From NCBI RefSeq assembly GCF_009914755.1, contig NC_060927.1: 64,000 nt of DNA; one strand, given 5' to 3'. Numbering within the stretch: position 1 is the stretch's first letter; every line of letters begins with the position of its first letter. The notes below the pieces were generated by a model. It was given only the letters and a program-made list of their open reading frames with translations, was not told where the DNA came from and did not search any database. Both the position numbers and the translations under genes were made by a program. Source of the DNA: the human T2T-CHM13v2.0 reference genome, Homo sapiens. This document shows, in pieces, positions 15,790 through 29,768 of this stretch.

Positions 15790-17439
15790 TGAGTACTCAA
15801 TACATTGTGGTGAATTGGCAACTCTCTAGCCCCAATTCACCATGGTCCTCATGACAGAGAGACTAACTCTATTGTATTGAATCAAATTTCCAGTCACGTA
15901 TTGTGTCCTTTATACATTCAAGTTATAATGTGTATAAATGCATGGCAAAAGGGCCAAAGGAGCCCTAATGTAAAAACATTGGCAATAAAACTGTTGAGAC
16001 AAACCAAGAATCCAGGTTGCCAGGGTCAGCAGTTTTAACATTGTTTTATGGTACATTGTGTACTTTTCCTTCTTACTGATATGCATTGCACTGTGACCTT
16101 TGCAGAGTCCTATCCTGCCCTGCATTTTTCACAGAGTTGCTCTCAGTCTCAAATAAGATACCATATGCATGTGAAAGGGCTTTTGAAATGGAAAAGCAGT
16201 AGAAAGTTGAAAGTAAAATGGTCTCTTTCTCTCTAGGGCATCAAGGCATCTCACAGAGCACACTTTAGCTACTGGGAGGATTGACCTTGGGTGAAATTTC
16301 AGTATGTAAAGCTTGTTTGGGGTTATCTTACATAATTTTTTCTTTCCTTGTGCTATACACACACACACACATATATGTGCATATATGTACAATGCACATA
16401 TATACACACACACATATGGCACCTAGTATATGCTTGGTGCTATGCTAGGTGCTGGGGAGACAGTGAGAACAACCCAGGTGCCCAGGACCTGTCCTCACAG
16501 CCCACCTAATCCTTTTAAGTCTTTACATACCTCCCATCCCCCACCCCCATGCTCCTTACTCATGGTATTCAACCCAACTGATTGACTTATTTATTGTTAT
16601 TTATATGCTTATATATTTATAGATTTATCATTTTATCAAGATTTTTACGAAGATACTCAATTGGAGGTTCCTAATTCTGGAGAAATTTCCATTTTACAAA
16701 TATATTCTTGGAGAGGGCATGATTATGGACCTGTCACATTTGAGTACTGTGGCAGTTAGAAGGAGGGCAATTTTGGGAGGCCCTTCCAGGCTATGTCCTT
16801 CCAGCTATTAATGAGGTTCTGTTTCAGAGCAGACCATATTACACGGTGTTATTAATAAATCTGGCGAGTGGTTATAAGGGTGTGTGTATCGGAATAATCC
16901 ATTAAGCTGTACATTGGTTTTATATGGCTGTCTATATTTGTGTTTTATTTAACAGTAACAGTTAACAATAACAGTTAAAAATAAGTATCACTTCTTTTAA
17001 AATTCACACAACTTCTTGGGCTGAGTGAAATGTGGCGCAGGTGCAGGACTGTGGGAAGACAGGAGCGCCAGGGAATGTCTGGCCAGCAGCGCGCTGCCCT
17101 CAAGGGGCCTCCTTGAAGGCCCCTTGAAGAGGGCAACACAACTAATGACGATAACAATAACAACGATGACAATATTGACGATGACAATAACAGTAATAAA
17201 TCCGAGCAAGAGACTCGAATCTGTCAAACAGCAGCGACCACCACGAATCGCATCCCCGCGGCGCCGCCATACAGGAGACTGCCCTCGCCGAGGCCACAGC
17301 GGCTCTCGCGGCGCCCCTGGAGGCCCCCTTCCTGCCTTGGCCAGAGGGGCGGGGCGTAGGCTGGGGGCGGGGCCGGAGAGTGGGCGGGGCCTGGCGCGTG
17401 GGCGGGGCTCCGGGCGGGCCGGCCGCCGAGGGTGGGGCC

Positions 17440-17470
17440 GAGGAGGAGGAGGAGGAGGAGGAGAAGGAGG
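17440..17470. repeat. (GAG)8 AAG GAG trinucleotide repeat in the proximal promoter
   Basis: Read directly at 17440-17470. Confidence 0.95.
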
Positions 17471-17499
17471 TAGGGGCCTGCGGGTGGCTGGGCGGGGCG

Positions 17500-17620
17500 C
17501 GCTCGGGCCTCCGCTCTTCACGCGCCGCATTCGTAGCCCGAGAGTCCGCGCCGCGGGGAGGCTTGGAGGCAAGCGCTGCCCGCGAGCTGAGCCGCCGGAG
17601 GAGGAGCCGCGGGCAACGAG
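17500..17620 (+). other. PPP2R3A: PPP2R3A non-coding exon 1 (5' end approximate)
   Basis: Inside the CpG island, downstream of the GC-box cluster; donor GAG|GTAGGC at 17620/17621; implies a 35.2 kb intron to the acceptor at 52831. TSS cannot be fixed from sequence. Confidence 0.75.
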
Positions 17621-19583
17621 GTAGGCAAAGGAACACTGGCCGCACGGCCTGGAGCCTTCAGCTCCCTCGTCCCGGCCCGAGGGGGTGGCGAGGCTCGGGG
17701 CGGCGCGCGGAGGCCGGGGCGGGCGGGGCCGGGACCTGGGGGCGGGGACCGGCCTGGCCAGAGGGGCCACACGGAGCTGATTGGGCTGTGGAAGTCGGAA
17801 TTCCAGTCGGTGCGGTGCGGTGCGGTGCGTTGCCTCGGCGCGGCCGGCCGGTCCCGGGACACGGCACCAGGGAGGTGTGGAAATTGCCTGCCCCAGGGGC
17901 GCCCGCGGAGGAGGGTAGGCGGGGGCGGCCTGGGCCCTCCCACTTTTCAGGGCTCCTGGGCCAGTTCGCCCGCACAGCCCTCGGGAACTTGTTAACAGGA
18001 AAGCCTGGCAGAGAAACAAATGCCAGCGTTTTGGAAGAACTGAGAGTCACGTCGTTAGGCGCTGAGGCTTTCTTTTCCTTCCCCGCCCCCTGCCCAACCT
18101 CGGCCCGACTTGGCCAAAGAAGGATGTGTCACCAGCTCCGGGCCGCGGACGGGATTCCCGGCCCGCCAGGAGCCGGGGTACCTGAAACAAAGGTAAACGG
18201 AGGCCGGGCGGCCCCTGGTCCTGCACCGCGGCCGCGCTGGAGCGCCTCGGTGGGTCTCTCCCGCGCCGACCTGGCCGCCGCCGCCGCGGAGGGGCGTTCT
18301 CCTGGGGGACCTCTCGATGGAAACCAGCTGGCCGGGCTTGGAGTTGATGTTGCATCCGAACTCTGTTGTGCTCCCGTTATTCCCAGTCCTCCCACTCTGG
18401 TAAAGCTTAAGGAAATTTTATCCAGTCTTGGTGGTCAGCAAATGTAGGGGAAGACAAATTATTGTTTGTAAATTATAAGGTATTTTCTAATTAGGAAATG
18501 GCCTGAAAACATTAAATTCTTAACACGTAAGCAAAAAAAGAGTAATTCCTTCCAACATCTGAGGAAGTATTCCTCCTCAAATCTTCATTTATGTACAAAA
18601 CATCCCCCACACCTTTGGTGCCAGGCATTTTTCTTTGTTCTTCCTTAGTCTCAGGCCTTAGTTTCTTGTAAACAGAACCCAGCGCCTAGACCCTAAGAAT
18701 TGCCATACTAGGTCAGAGCATGGGCGTCCAGTTCAGTAGGCAGCCGGCTTGTGTTGTAGTAAAACTGTTGTTTTTTTTTCTTGGTGGTATGTTAAAAATT
18801 ATCTCAGTTTCTTTCAGTAGTCCATGAAAGCCTTTTAAAAATTTTCTAAGCCACTGCTAATTTACACACACAATTTATTTACATTTATTGCATCCAAATG
18901 GCCCTTTTATCACCTCTGGCAGAAGAACTTAATGGCATGAGATACTTGTGGAAAAAAACTTAGATCTTTTATACAATCTAGGAGCTCAGAAATCTAGGAG
19001 ATTTCTAGGAGAACGGGGAAACAGATCAAAAAGGTTTTTAAAAAACAAAGCTTTGGGAAAGTGTTACTGGGGCCAATCTGGCTGTTGAGTTCAAAAATAG
19101 CTTTATGCACTGACAACCTGAACATTGAGCAGTTAAAGATTTATTTGTACTCATAAGTATTTGCATATTTTAAAATGTAGCTTAACATTCTGGAGAGTGA
19201 AGGGCCTATCTGACTTTATCTTGGGCTGAATTAATTTGGCCTTAATGTTCAGCTGAAACCAGCTACTCTGAGAGAATGGAAGTGTTGTTTCAGCGAGAAA
19301 GGAAAAAAGGAAATGAATAATTTTGGAGTATAGGGTACTTGGGGGCACCTGTTCAAATCATAACTTTGCTTTTAAACTCTTCAGAGACTCCTCCTTGCTC
19401 CTGACAAACATAGTCCCCACTGATCTGGCCCCTGTTACCTTTCAAACACACAGCTGAAGCTTTACCTCTGCCCTGAAGCTTTGCTTGACACCCCCCATCC
19501 CCCAAAAAGAAAACAGATATTTAAAAATCACCACCCTCAGAAGTGCAATTGACAGCTCTTTTGAGTGTTATCGTCCTCTGAGT

Positions 19584-19807
19584 CAGAGTTTCTCATTTGT
19601 AGTTCTGTTGACATTTTAGGCCAGGTAATTTCTAGTTGTGGAGGGCTATCATGTGCAGCGTAGGATGTTTAGCAGCATTTCTAACCTTTACTGAGGAATA
19701 GATACCAGTAGCACTCCACACACACAGTTGTGAACATCAAAAATGCTTACAGACATCGCAAATGTCCCCCAGGAGGACCAAAATCACCCTTAGTTAAGAA
19801 CCACTGT
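19584..19807. mobile_element. MER20 (hAT-Charlie) DNA transposon
   Basis: taggatgtttagcagcat...aaatgtcccc...ttaagaaccactg. Confidence 0.8.
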
Positions 19808-21782
19808 TGTGAGCAGACTGCTGCCTTAACACTAGTGACGCAGCATTGTCCTCATTTGCTTAGGTGTTTACTATACTAAGCTTGAGGGCGGGAACAGTTA
19901 TTTATTTAACAGATTTCTGAAGGCCTGTTTTGCCAACTGGACACTAGATTAGGTATGGAAATAGATTAGTAAAAACAACTTTGCATGCCTGGACCTTATA
20001 GTCTAAGGAGGGTGACAGATGTATACATGCATAAATATACATTTATCTCATTACGATTGTGTTAATTTCTGGGAGAAGTACAGGCAGCTCTGAGTGCATA
20101 AAACAGATGTCCTGATGTAGTTTGGAAACTGGGGAAAGTTTCCATGGGGAAGTGACCTTTGAGGTGGACGGTGAAGGATTAACAGGAGTTACTAGGTGAA
20201 GCTCACGGGAACAATATTCCGGGCAGAAGGAACAGATGTGAATACCTTGAGGAAGAAAGGAACAGGGCCGCTTTTGGGAACCCAGAAGCCAGGAACACGG
20301 AGAGTGATGACACAAAATGAAGCTAGGAAAATAGGCAAAGGCTGTCCACTAAGCAGTGGTTCTCAGTCCAACACTCTCATCAGAACCACCAGAACTTAAG
20401 ACCGACGCCTGGGCCCTCCTCCAAGCAAATCAGAGCATTTTTGGTGGGTTCTGCTCCCTCCCCCAGCTACCATTTTCCCTGTCTTCCAAAGGAATAACCA
20501 CTGATACTAGTTTTGTATATCATTGTAGACATTTTTTGTGGGCATTCAAGGAAATGCATATCTTTCCTCTTACTGTTTTACACAAATGGTAGCATACTGT
20601 ACACTCTGTTTTCTTAAAAATGTCTTGGGAATCTTTCCACTTCAGTATATAGTTTCCTTATTTTTTTGAATGACTGTACAGTATTTCACTGTATGGATAT
20701 ACCATAGATTATTTAACCATTCCCCCACTGACAGACATTTAGATTGTTTCCAGTAATTTACCGTAAACAGTGCTACGAATATGCTGTTTCATATGTGAAT
20801 AAATATATTTATAGGGTAAATTCCTAGAAATGGAATTGTTGGGTGAAATAAACACACAAACACATATATTTACATAAGTATATATTTATGTAATGCGTGT
20901 ATATGTGTATATATTTGTAATTATTTGTGATTATAAAATATTCTGGTCATATTAGAATGCTTTGGAAGGAAACAAGATTGAGTGTGGGAGACAGCTGCCC
21001 CTAATTAAGGTTACTGTGGATAACATAGGAGAGAAAAGGTGGTGGCTGAGAGAAAAGAATGGTCGTATTGGAGATGGAGAGAAGTACATATATTCATGAG
21101 ATATATTTAGGAGGCGTAATTGATAGGATTTGGTGGTTGATATGGTACAAGGGTTGAGAGGGAGAAATGAGATCCTAAGATGACTCCCAGGGTTCTAGCT
21201 TGCCCAACCAGTGAATGGTGGTGGTGTTACCTGAAGTAAAGAACATTTAAGGATAAATAGTTTTGAGATGAGTTTAAATCACAGTTTACATTGGGACTGC
21301 TGAGATTTTCAAGTGAGAGGTCACATAAGCATTTGACAATTCTAATTCAGAGCCAAGAGCAGAGGGCTAAACTGGAGGCACAAATTTTTAGGTGTAAATT
21401 AAAGGCTGTGGATGAAATTATCTAGGGCAGTGGTTGCAAAGCAGTAGCCTACAGCTGAATCTGACTCACAGATGTTTTGCCCATACAGTGGTTTTGTTAT
21501 TGTTTAATTTTGAATTAGTTGCCAATATTTTAAAATCTGAAGATTTCTCATGAAAAATCCAGATTTGGGGTTTCTCTTTAAAAATGAGAAAATGTAGCAC
21601 TACTGAGTTGGTTTTCCAATATGGCAGCAATAATTGGAGCTAAGTCACAGATGATCGCAGCTCTTCTATTTCACTACAGAGCCCACCACTCCCTAAAATT
21701 ATGCCTGGCCCACTTTGCTCATTTATTTCTCTGACTGTAGGCTTTTGAGCATGTGATCCCTGGTCTGGGAAGAGAGCATAGA

Positions 21783-21945
21783 ACAGTGTTCTCATCTTGG
21801 TTGCACATTGGAATCACTGAATGATTAAAAAATGCTAATGCTGTGGTCCACCTAAGAAATTTCTTTTTCTGTTTACTTGATCTGATTTGCTGCCTTGGAC
21901 GAATCTGAGGTGATTCCACTTAGCTGTGGAAGTTGAGAACCACTG
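21783..21945. mobile_element. MER5-like DNA transposon
   Basis: cagtgttctca...ttgagaaccactg terminal inverted repeats. Confidence 0.7.
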
Positions 21946-23741
21946 ACAGAGATTAAGAAAAAAGGGCTCAGGCCCAGCATTTTGAAGTTTAGTAGAGGAG
22001 GATAGCCCAGGAAGAGAATGAGAAGTGGCCACAGAGGTACAGTGGAATGACGCCTTGCTCAGAATTAAAGTGTGCAAACTTAACTGAATGCGCTCTACCA
22101 TGTTTTTTATTAAATGAGAGAGAGAAAAGTTTTATTTACTTGTATACAGGTGTGCGATATTTAACGGGCCATTTAAAGGATTTTCAAGAGTAATTTAAAC
22201 AATATTTGGTTTTTGTCTTAGCTGTTTCCTTCACAATCTAATTCTAGTTTAAGATGCATCATAAAAGGTGAGAGAAGAATGTTTCAAATAGAGAGGTGTC
22301 ATCAAGTAAAGATGTGGAACAAAAATGATCTGTTGAATTTAGCAAGATGGAGTCTTTGACCTCAGCAAGAACCATTTTAGATTGGAAGAGGCAGAAACCA
22401 AAATGAAGTGGGTAAAAAGTAAGGAAATGGGAGTGGCAAGTGTTGGAAATTCCTTTGAGAAGCTTGCCCAAAAAGAGGAAGTGGTGAGGGAGGATGAGGT
22501 GTCTTACATGCCTACAATGTAGGTGTTAGTCTGTTGGTTACTCAAACATTTCTCCTAACTTTTTAGGGATGTAGGTCAATGGTGTCTGATTACCCCTCTC
22601 CCACGTTCTTAGGGGTCTTGTTTTGGAGACTACTTTTTACTGAGAAGAAATTTTGCCAGGACTGTTGAAGGGGCTGACTCAGATGTTGGTGATTAGGCCA
22701 CAAGTTTCTTTCTCAACTGGAAAGCTGTAGAGCTCCTAAAGGCCAGTGGTGATCTGGGCTCCAGTGACCCTGACATCATCCTCCCATTGAGCTGATGAAC
22801 AAAGACTATATTGTTGGTATGCTGAAAATGGAATACTTGGCTATGTTAGGGAATGTGTATCTAACTGTGAGATTCCCAGGAATAGTTTTTGCAGCTGTAT
22901 TTTTTCCAATTAACTTGATATTATAGCTTAATTTTCCAGTTGCATGCATGTAAAAACTCTCATACTTTGAAGTATTTATCATTGATGGTACCTGAGGGAT
23001 ATGGATGTAAGTTGGAGATGTAGGCCCTCATTGAGCTCAGAAAGAAGAAAGCACTGAGCAAACTGGTTTCCAAAAAGTTGTGTGAAGGCTTCTACCTCGA
23101 AGACTTGGTGTTAGAGTGACTATTTAGGATGGGTTGTAATGCAAATGGTCACAACCAGTTTGTCTTTTATCCATTTCTGCCACATTGGCAACCTTAACCT
23201 AGCAGAGAGGCTTTTAAGGTCAATTTTGTGCTTCATATTTCTAAGAGTTGTAGCCTGCCAACAGAACAGAAAATATAAGGGGTGGAAAATGCCAAGAATT
23301 ATTGGTTAAGAATGGTTTTGATTAATTGAAGGCATAAACCTCATTGCTATACTCTTGAAAACAGGAATATCATCTTGTGAGGGACCAGACTTCATAGCTG
23401 TCATTGGTTTATCAGTTAGGTGGATGATGGTTAACTTCTGTATAAAGGATGACTTTGTGACATGAAAGCAGACCTTGGTCCAAGATGGTTTGTAATGTGA
23501 GTCCATTATAAGAAAATATCTTATTTAGAAACTTGTGTATGCTTGGACAGCTGTGGGAATTCCATCATCACAAATATGGTTAGGTACTATGCCTGGCTGG
23601 CAGTATATAGAGGCAAAAGTCCATTACCAAGGTGGTCCAGAGCTCCTTTGGTTTGTGGAGGAAACAGGATAGCTGAGTGGGGAGAGGACTTGGAGTCAGT
23701 TCCTGAGTATAGCTCCTGGATTTGTCAAGGGTGAACTGTGT

Positions 23742-24960
23742 GATTTTTTTAATTGAGGTAAAATTAACCATTTTAAAGTGTACAAATCAGTTACTTCAGT
23801 ATGTACATTCACAATGTTGTGCAGCCATCACCGCTAATTCTGGAACATTTTCATCACCCCAAAAGGAAACCCTGTACCCATTAAGCAGTCACTCGCCATT
23901 CCCCTTTACCCCTACCGTCTGGCACCCGCCAGTTTGCTTTCTGTCTATATGGATTTGCCTGTTCTGAAGATTTCATATAAATGGAATCATACAATATGTA
24001 ACCTTTTGTGCCTGGCTTCTTTCATTCAGCACAATGTATACGAGGTTCACTCAGGTTGTAGCATGTATCAGTACTTCATTCTTTCTTTGGCTGAATAATA
24101 CTCCATTGTATGGATATACTACGTTTTGTTTATCAGTTGACATTTAGATTGTTTACACCTTTTGGCTCTTATAAATAGTATTGCTAAGAGCATTCTTCTA
24201 CAAGTTTTTGTTTAAATACCTGTTTTCAATTCTTTTGTGCATGTATCTAGGAATAGAATTGCTGGATTATGAAATAATTCTATGTTTAAAAAGTTTTTGA
24301 GGAACTCCCAGACTGTTTTCCACAGATGCTGCACACTTTTACATTTTTTCCAGCAATTTTTGAGAATTCTAGTTTCTCCACCTCCTCGCCAGCACTTTTG
24401 TTTTCTGGTTATAGCCATCCTAGTGGGTGTGAAGTGGTGCCTCATTGTGATTTTTATTTGTATTTCCCTAATGACTACTGACGTTGAGCATCTTTTCATG
24501 TGTTGGCCATTTGTGTATCTTTGGAGAAATGTCTGTTCAAGTCTTTTATCAATTTTTTAATTGGATTGTCTTTTGGTTGTTGAGTTTAAGAGTTCTTTAC
24601 ATATGTAAATATGGATACAAATCAGGTTTATGATTTGCAAATATTTCCTGTCTTACTGTGTGCTGTTTTTTCACTTTCTTGTTAGTGTTCTTTGCACAGA
24701 AGTTTTTAATTCGTGTGAAGTTGAATTTGTTTTTTCTTTGATTGTGTATGCTTTTGGCATTATATCTGACAATCTATCACCAAATCCAAGGTCCTGCCAG
24801 TTTACTCCTGTGTTTTCTTCTGGCAATATATAGTTTTAGTTCTTAACATTTAGCTATTTGGTGGATTTTGAGTTAATTATTGTATGTGAGGTAAGGATTC
24901 AACTTCATTCTTTTGCATGTGAATATCCAGTTATCCCAGCATAATTTGTTGAAAGAGCTG
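23742..24960 (-). mobile_element. L1MB-like 3' fragment
   Basis: ttaattgaggtaaaattaacc; tcatataaatggaatcatacaatatg; minus-strand ORF2 C-terminal remnant (MKRCSTS...REIQIK). Confidence 0.85.
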
Positions 24961-25529
24961 TGTGATTTATGCAAGTCTGAGACTCTTATTTGTAAAATGA
25001 AAGTGATAAAAACACTTGCCTCACAAAGTTGTTGTAAGATTAAATAGGAGAGGATATATGTATTACCACTTTGAAAAGTATATATCATTAAACAAATACT
25101 CATGATTATTATTGGCATGCCACATAGAGCTTTCATTTGGTCAAGGCCGCATAGATTGATGTCCTTCAGGGACCACCACACATCTTCCCTCTTAGTGCAT
25201 AGTGAATCACGACGTAACTAAAGGACTGTGATCCATGTTGTATCCCTAGGTCCAAAGTCACAGGGCCCCAGATGCAAGAGGTAGTTGGAGAGATTGCAGC
25301 TATCCAGAATTGAAAGTATATTTTCTTGTAGGGCATGTGTTTGTTGAATTCTGTTGCTATTCCTCATATTGAGGAATGTCTATTCTAGGTGTTTAAAGGC
25401 CCTAAAGAGTTTTCAGGCATAGTAGGAAATTAAAAGGCAGTTTCTTCTTATTGGACCAAGAATCCTCATGTTTCACTCTATCAGCTTTTAAACTTCCAGA
25501 ACTAAGACTGTTTAAATGGCTAGTGATCT

Positions 25530-26400
25530 CACTTAGTTCAGTCAACAAATACTTACTAATTTATCACTATGTGCCAGGCACTGTTCTAGATACCGGAGAT
25601 ATAGTGCCTTTTAATATAAGACCAAACTCTCTTGACTTTGCATTCCCCTCTCAATTTGTTTTCTACAGTTATCTAACTCACTGACTCCAGTTCCTTTTCC
25701 ACCAGTCTCTCTTGAGTCCACATTAATCAGGCCCCTTCCCCCACTGAAGCACTCTTGTCAAGCTCACCACTGACCTTCATGTTGCTAGCTCTAGTGAATC
25801 AGTTCTCAGTCTTCCTCTTACTTGACCTTTCAGCAGCATTTTACACAGTTGATTATTCCTCTTTCTTTGAAACGCGTCCTTCATTTAGCTTTGCTGCATT
25901 CTCTGCATTTCCCTCTCACCTTATTGGAGGTTTAGTCTTTTTGCTAGTTCCTCATGATCTTCCTGACGCCTAAAAGTTGGAGCATTACATGGCTCATTAA
26001 TACTCCATTCTTCCTTATTGACTCTTATTTCCTTGGCATTTCAGTCAGTCTCATGACTTTAAATACCATCTATACACCAACAACTACATGCTGACTACCA
26101 AATGTATATCTCCAAGTTAGGAAGGAAATAACTGCAGTAACGTCTTTTCCTTGCTTATGTCCTTCTCTGACGGCCTATTCCCAACTCAGCAGCCGGAGGA
26201 ATCTTGTTAAAAGTAAGTTATCCACTCAGAGGCTTTACACTTTCCTACAAGGCCCCTACATAATCTGAACTCCTCTTTGTCTTTCTGACCTCATCTGTTA
26301 CTGCTCTTCCCTGTGCTTGCTTTGTCCCAGTCAAAAAGGGGACTTTTTTCTTCTTCCAACAAGCCAGGTATGTTCCTTCCACAGGACCTTTGTTTCTCCT
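25530..26400. mobile_element. L2 fragments
   Basis: tcagtcaacaaatacttactaa and cagcagcattttacacagttga motifs. Confidence 0.65.
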
Positions 26401-29400
26401 AGTAAAGCTTCCTCCCTCGTTCTCTGTCTCCCTTCCCTTTCAAACTCTGCTTCTCAGCACTTTGGGGTAAAAGGGAGGGGTATCCTCCCACCCCAACCCC
26501 CTAGACTGAGCACTAAGGCTATCCCCTTCCTCTTGTTTGTTTATTCATCTTACACTTTCATTTGAACAGAGTTCCTCCAGTTGAAAAAGCAGCTTGAAAA
26601 CTGCTTCTCTGTGAGATTAGAAATAAAAAGCAGAGATTAGTGGTTGTGAATGGAAATGTCATTAAGGGCTTAGGAATCCTAGCAAGGGCCACTTATCCCT
26701 TCCATTTTGTAGATCGTAGGCATATTTCCTATTTTACAGCCTTGGGGATTGGGCCCCAGAATACTGCTGTTGTGAGTACTGATGTGCTCCTACCAATGCC
26801 AAGTCTTCCATCAAGCACTGTGGCCCAGCTGTTAGCATTTTGTCTTCTCTCAACATGATACATCTTGGCAGTCTTGGTATTCTTCTAGTAGAAGGTTGAG
26901 ACCCCTTTCCCATGGTGGGCCCTCAATGAGTGGAGGCTCACTGGGTGCTGGCAGCAGTATTGAGATCCAAGTATTAAAGGCAATTGAGGGTTCTGTGTAA
27001 TGAAGAGTGTGTTGATTCTACTGAGAAATGCCCCAGGCCTTAAAAGGGCAAACAGGCCACATCTAGTGACAGTCTATCTAGATAGCAAGTTTAGACACTT
27101 CATCAGGGGCAGTGTTTCTCAGCCTTTGTCTGCAAACCTACAGGCCTTTATGTGGGCCCTCTGGTGGGTTCATGTTATTAAAATCTGGAATGGTGTCTGT
27201 TCTGATTTGTTGTTTTAGAAGAAAAGGTATTATTTCTAAGAATTTTAGCCAAACAAGTATTATATAAATACAGTCTCTTTGCTTTCCTTTTCCTAGATGA
27301 GCTGATTTCCTAGATAATAAACAAGTAGATAAATTAATATAATTTCAGATAGTAGTAATAGTGCTATGAAGAAAATAAAGTGGAGGGCTTTTCCCCTGAT
27401 GCTGAACACTTGGGTTGTTTCCAATTTTTCCGTGTTTTAAACATTACTGCAATGAACATCCTGGTACTTGGGCAAATGTGTGAATGTTTATATTGCATAG
27501 ATTCTGAAAGGTGGAATTGCTGAGTCATATAATCATATAGCTAAAATTTTAATTAAAAACTGCCAAATTGGTCCCCAAGTTATCTGTACTAATATTACAT
27601 ATATAAGATATATATAATCTAATTAAAAGCACTGATAATATTGAATACGTTCTCTTTGTAAGAGTAATTAACATACTGTTAGGCTAAAAATCTTCATACC
27701 CTCACCAATTTGTGAATTTTTGCCTCTCTTAAAAGTTGTACAAAATGGTATCTCCTTGTTTTAATTTTTATTTCCTTGGGGCTGAATATCTTCTCTAAAG
27801 TTTTTGATTATTTGTATTTATTTTTCTGTCTGTTGGGTTGCATAGCAGAGACTGCTGGTTACATCCTGTGATCCATTCTTCTTTCATCTTTAGTAATAGG
27901 AACCCCAGCTTTTACCCAGGCCCATTGTTGCCCATGTAGAACACTTGACCTCCTTGGAGCTAAGTATAACTGTAAGTTTCGGCTAGTGATATATAAGCAG
28001 CAAAGGTTAAATGTGACTCTCTGAAGTCTCCTTAAAGGGAGAAAGCACTCCTTTCTTCATCCCTTCATGTGTCTTATATGTTGGAACACAGATGTAATGA
28101 CTGGAGCACTAGTGGCCATCATAAACCATCAGGACCGTCATGGTAGGTCAGTGAGCCAAAAAGGCTGGCTCTCTTGAGCATTTGGCAGAGTTGCTGCACT
28201 AAGAGGGAAGACTTTCTTTAGCATGAGAAGGAAATTTAACTTGTATTTTGTTTAAGCACTCATATTGCATTTTTCTAGAATACACAACATAACAGGTGCT
28301 TGCCTTTTCTTGTTTATTTATGTTGTAGATAAATAAACTTAAATAAATAAACTCTAGGTAAATAAACTCTACATACTCATCCTTTATTATAAAAATGGCA
28401 TATTTCCTCCAATCTGTTGGAGTCCTCTCCCTTTGTGGTATCTTTTGTTAAATAGTAGTTTTTAATTTTGATGGCAAATTTCCCTATCTTTGCCTTATAT
28501 GGCGTTTGATTTTACTTAACTTTAATACTTCTTTTCTGCCCCAAAGATACACATAAAATCTTACTTTTTAATACTATTTTTAAAATTTAGATATTTAAGT
28601 TCATCTGAAATTTATTTTTGTGAATAGTGTGAGGGAAGAATCTTGTTCAGTTGGCCATTCATTTAGAATAATAATTTTAATAGGTGGCATGTCAAATTAT
28701 CAATTACTAAATTCTCATATGTGCATAAGTTGGTTTTAGGACTGTGTTTGGTCCCATTGATCTTTGTTTCTACACCATTAATACATTTCAAATTGCAGTA
28801 GTTTTATAATATTTTTTCTTGGTAAGGCAAGGTCCTCCTCCATTCTATTTAAAAAATGAAATATATTTAAAATTAAATATTAAATAGCTATAGTAGAATA
28901 TTTGTAAAACATATATATAAGGTGTAAAGCATAGCAATACAATGAACACTTGTTACCACTCAATGTTAAGGAAAAAACATTACCATTCCCTTTGTCCTCC
29001 CACTCCAAAGTTGTCTTGACTCTTCTGGCACATTTTCTAATTGATGTGAAATTTTAGAATTAGATTATAAATTGCTCTTAGAATCAATTTATATCATTGA
29101 CATTAATAATAGTTCTGTGTCAATAAAATATTTAAATATTTTTCCACTTAAAGATAACAGTTTGAGTGGTGTGATGCAAACATACAGTCGTTAGAAGATA
29201 TTGCTTGAATGTGGTCATGATCTGTAATCATTGTTTATTGTCTGCTTTGTTGGTTTTTAACCATTACACTGTTTTTAATTGTTTTTAGTTGCATTTGTGG
29301 TTTTATTTGTACTCATAATGGACTGTTGGTTAAAGATGGAGCATGTGTGCAACACGTGTCAAAATATAAGTTAAAGAGCATAAAAAATATAATTGTGCTA

Positions 29401-29458
29401 AATTATTTTAAGATGCTCTTTATTAAATACATAAGTTGCATTCATCTGATCAGCATTC

Positions 29459-29768
<310 letters not shown>

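Larger units (their letters stand above)
17200..18340. promoter_or_regulatory. PPP2R3A: CpG island promoter with clustered Sp/KLF GC boxes (GGGGCGGGGC) at ~17345-17500; no TATA box seen
   Basis: Abrupt switch to very GC- and CpG-rich sequence; many GGGCGG motifs; the only CpG island in the window. Confidence 0.92.

Noticed and set aside
17143-17200. Periodic tract translating as MTITITTMTILTMTITV
   Set aside because: Degenerate trinucleotide microsatellite, not coding.
16997-18447. Several long overlapping ORFs (340, 355 and 199 aa) across the CpG island
   Set aside because: Stop-codon scarcity in GC-rich DNA on both strands; low-complexity G/A/R/P translations, mostly non-ATG starts, no recognisable domain.
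28325-28372. Three copies of TAAATAAACT (forkhead-like)
   Set aside because: Lies in AT-rich L1 remnant sequence; most simply slippage.
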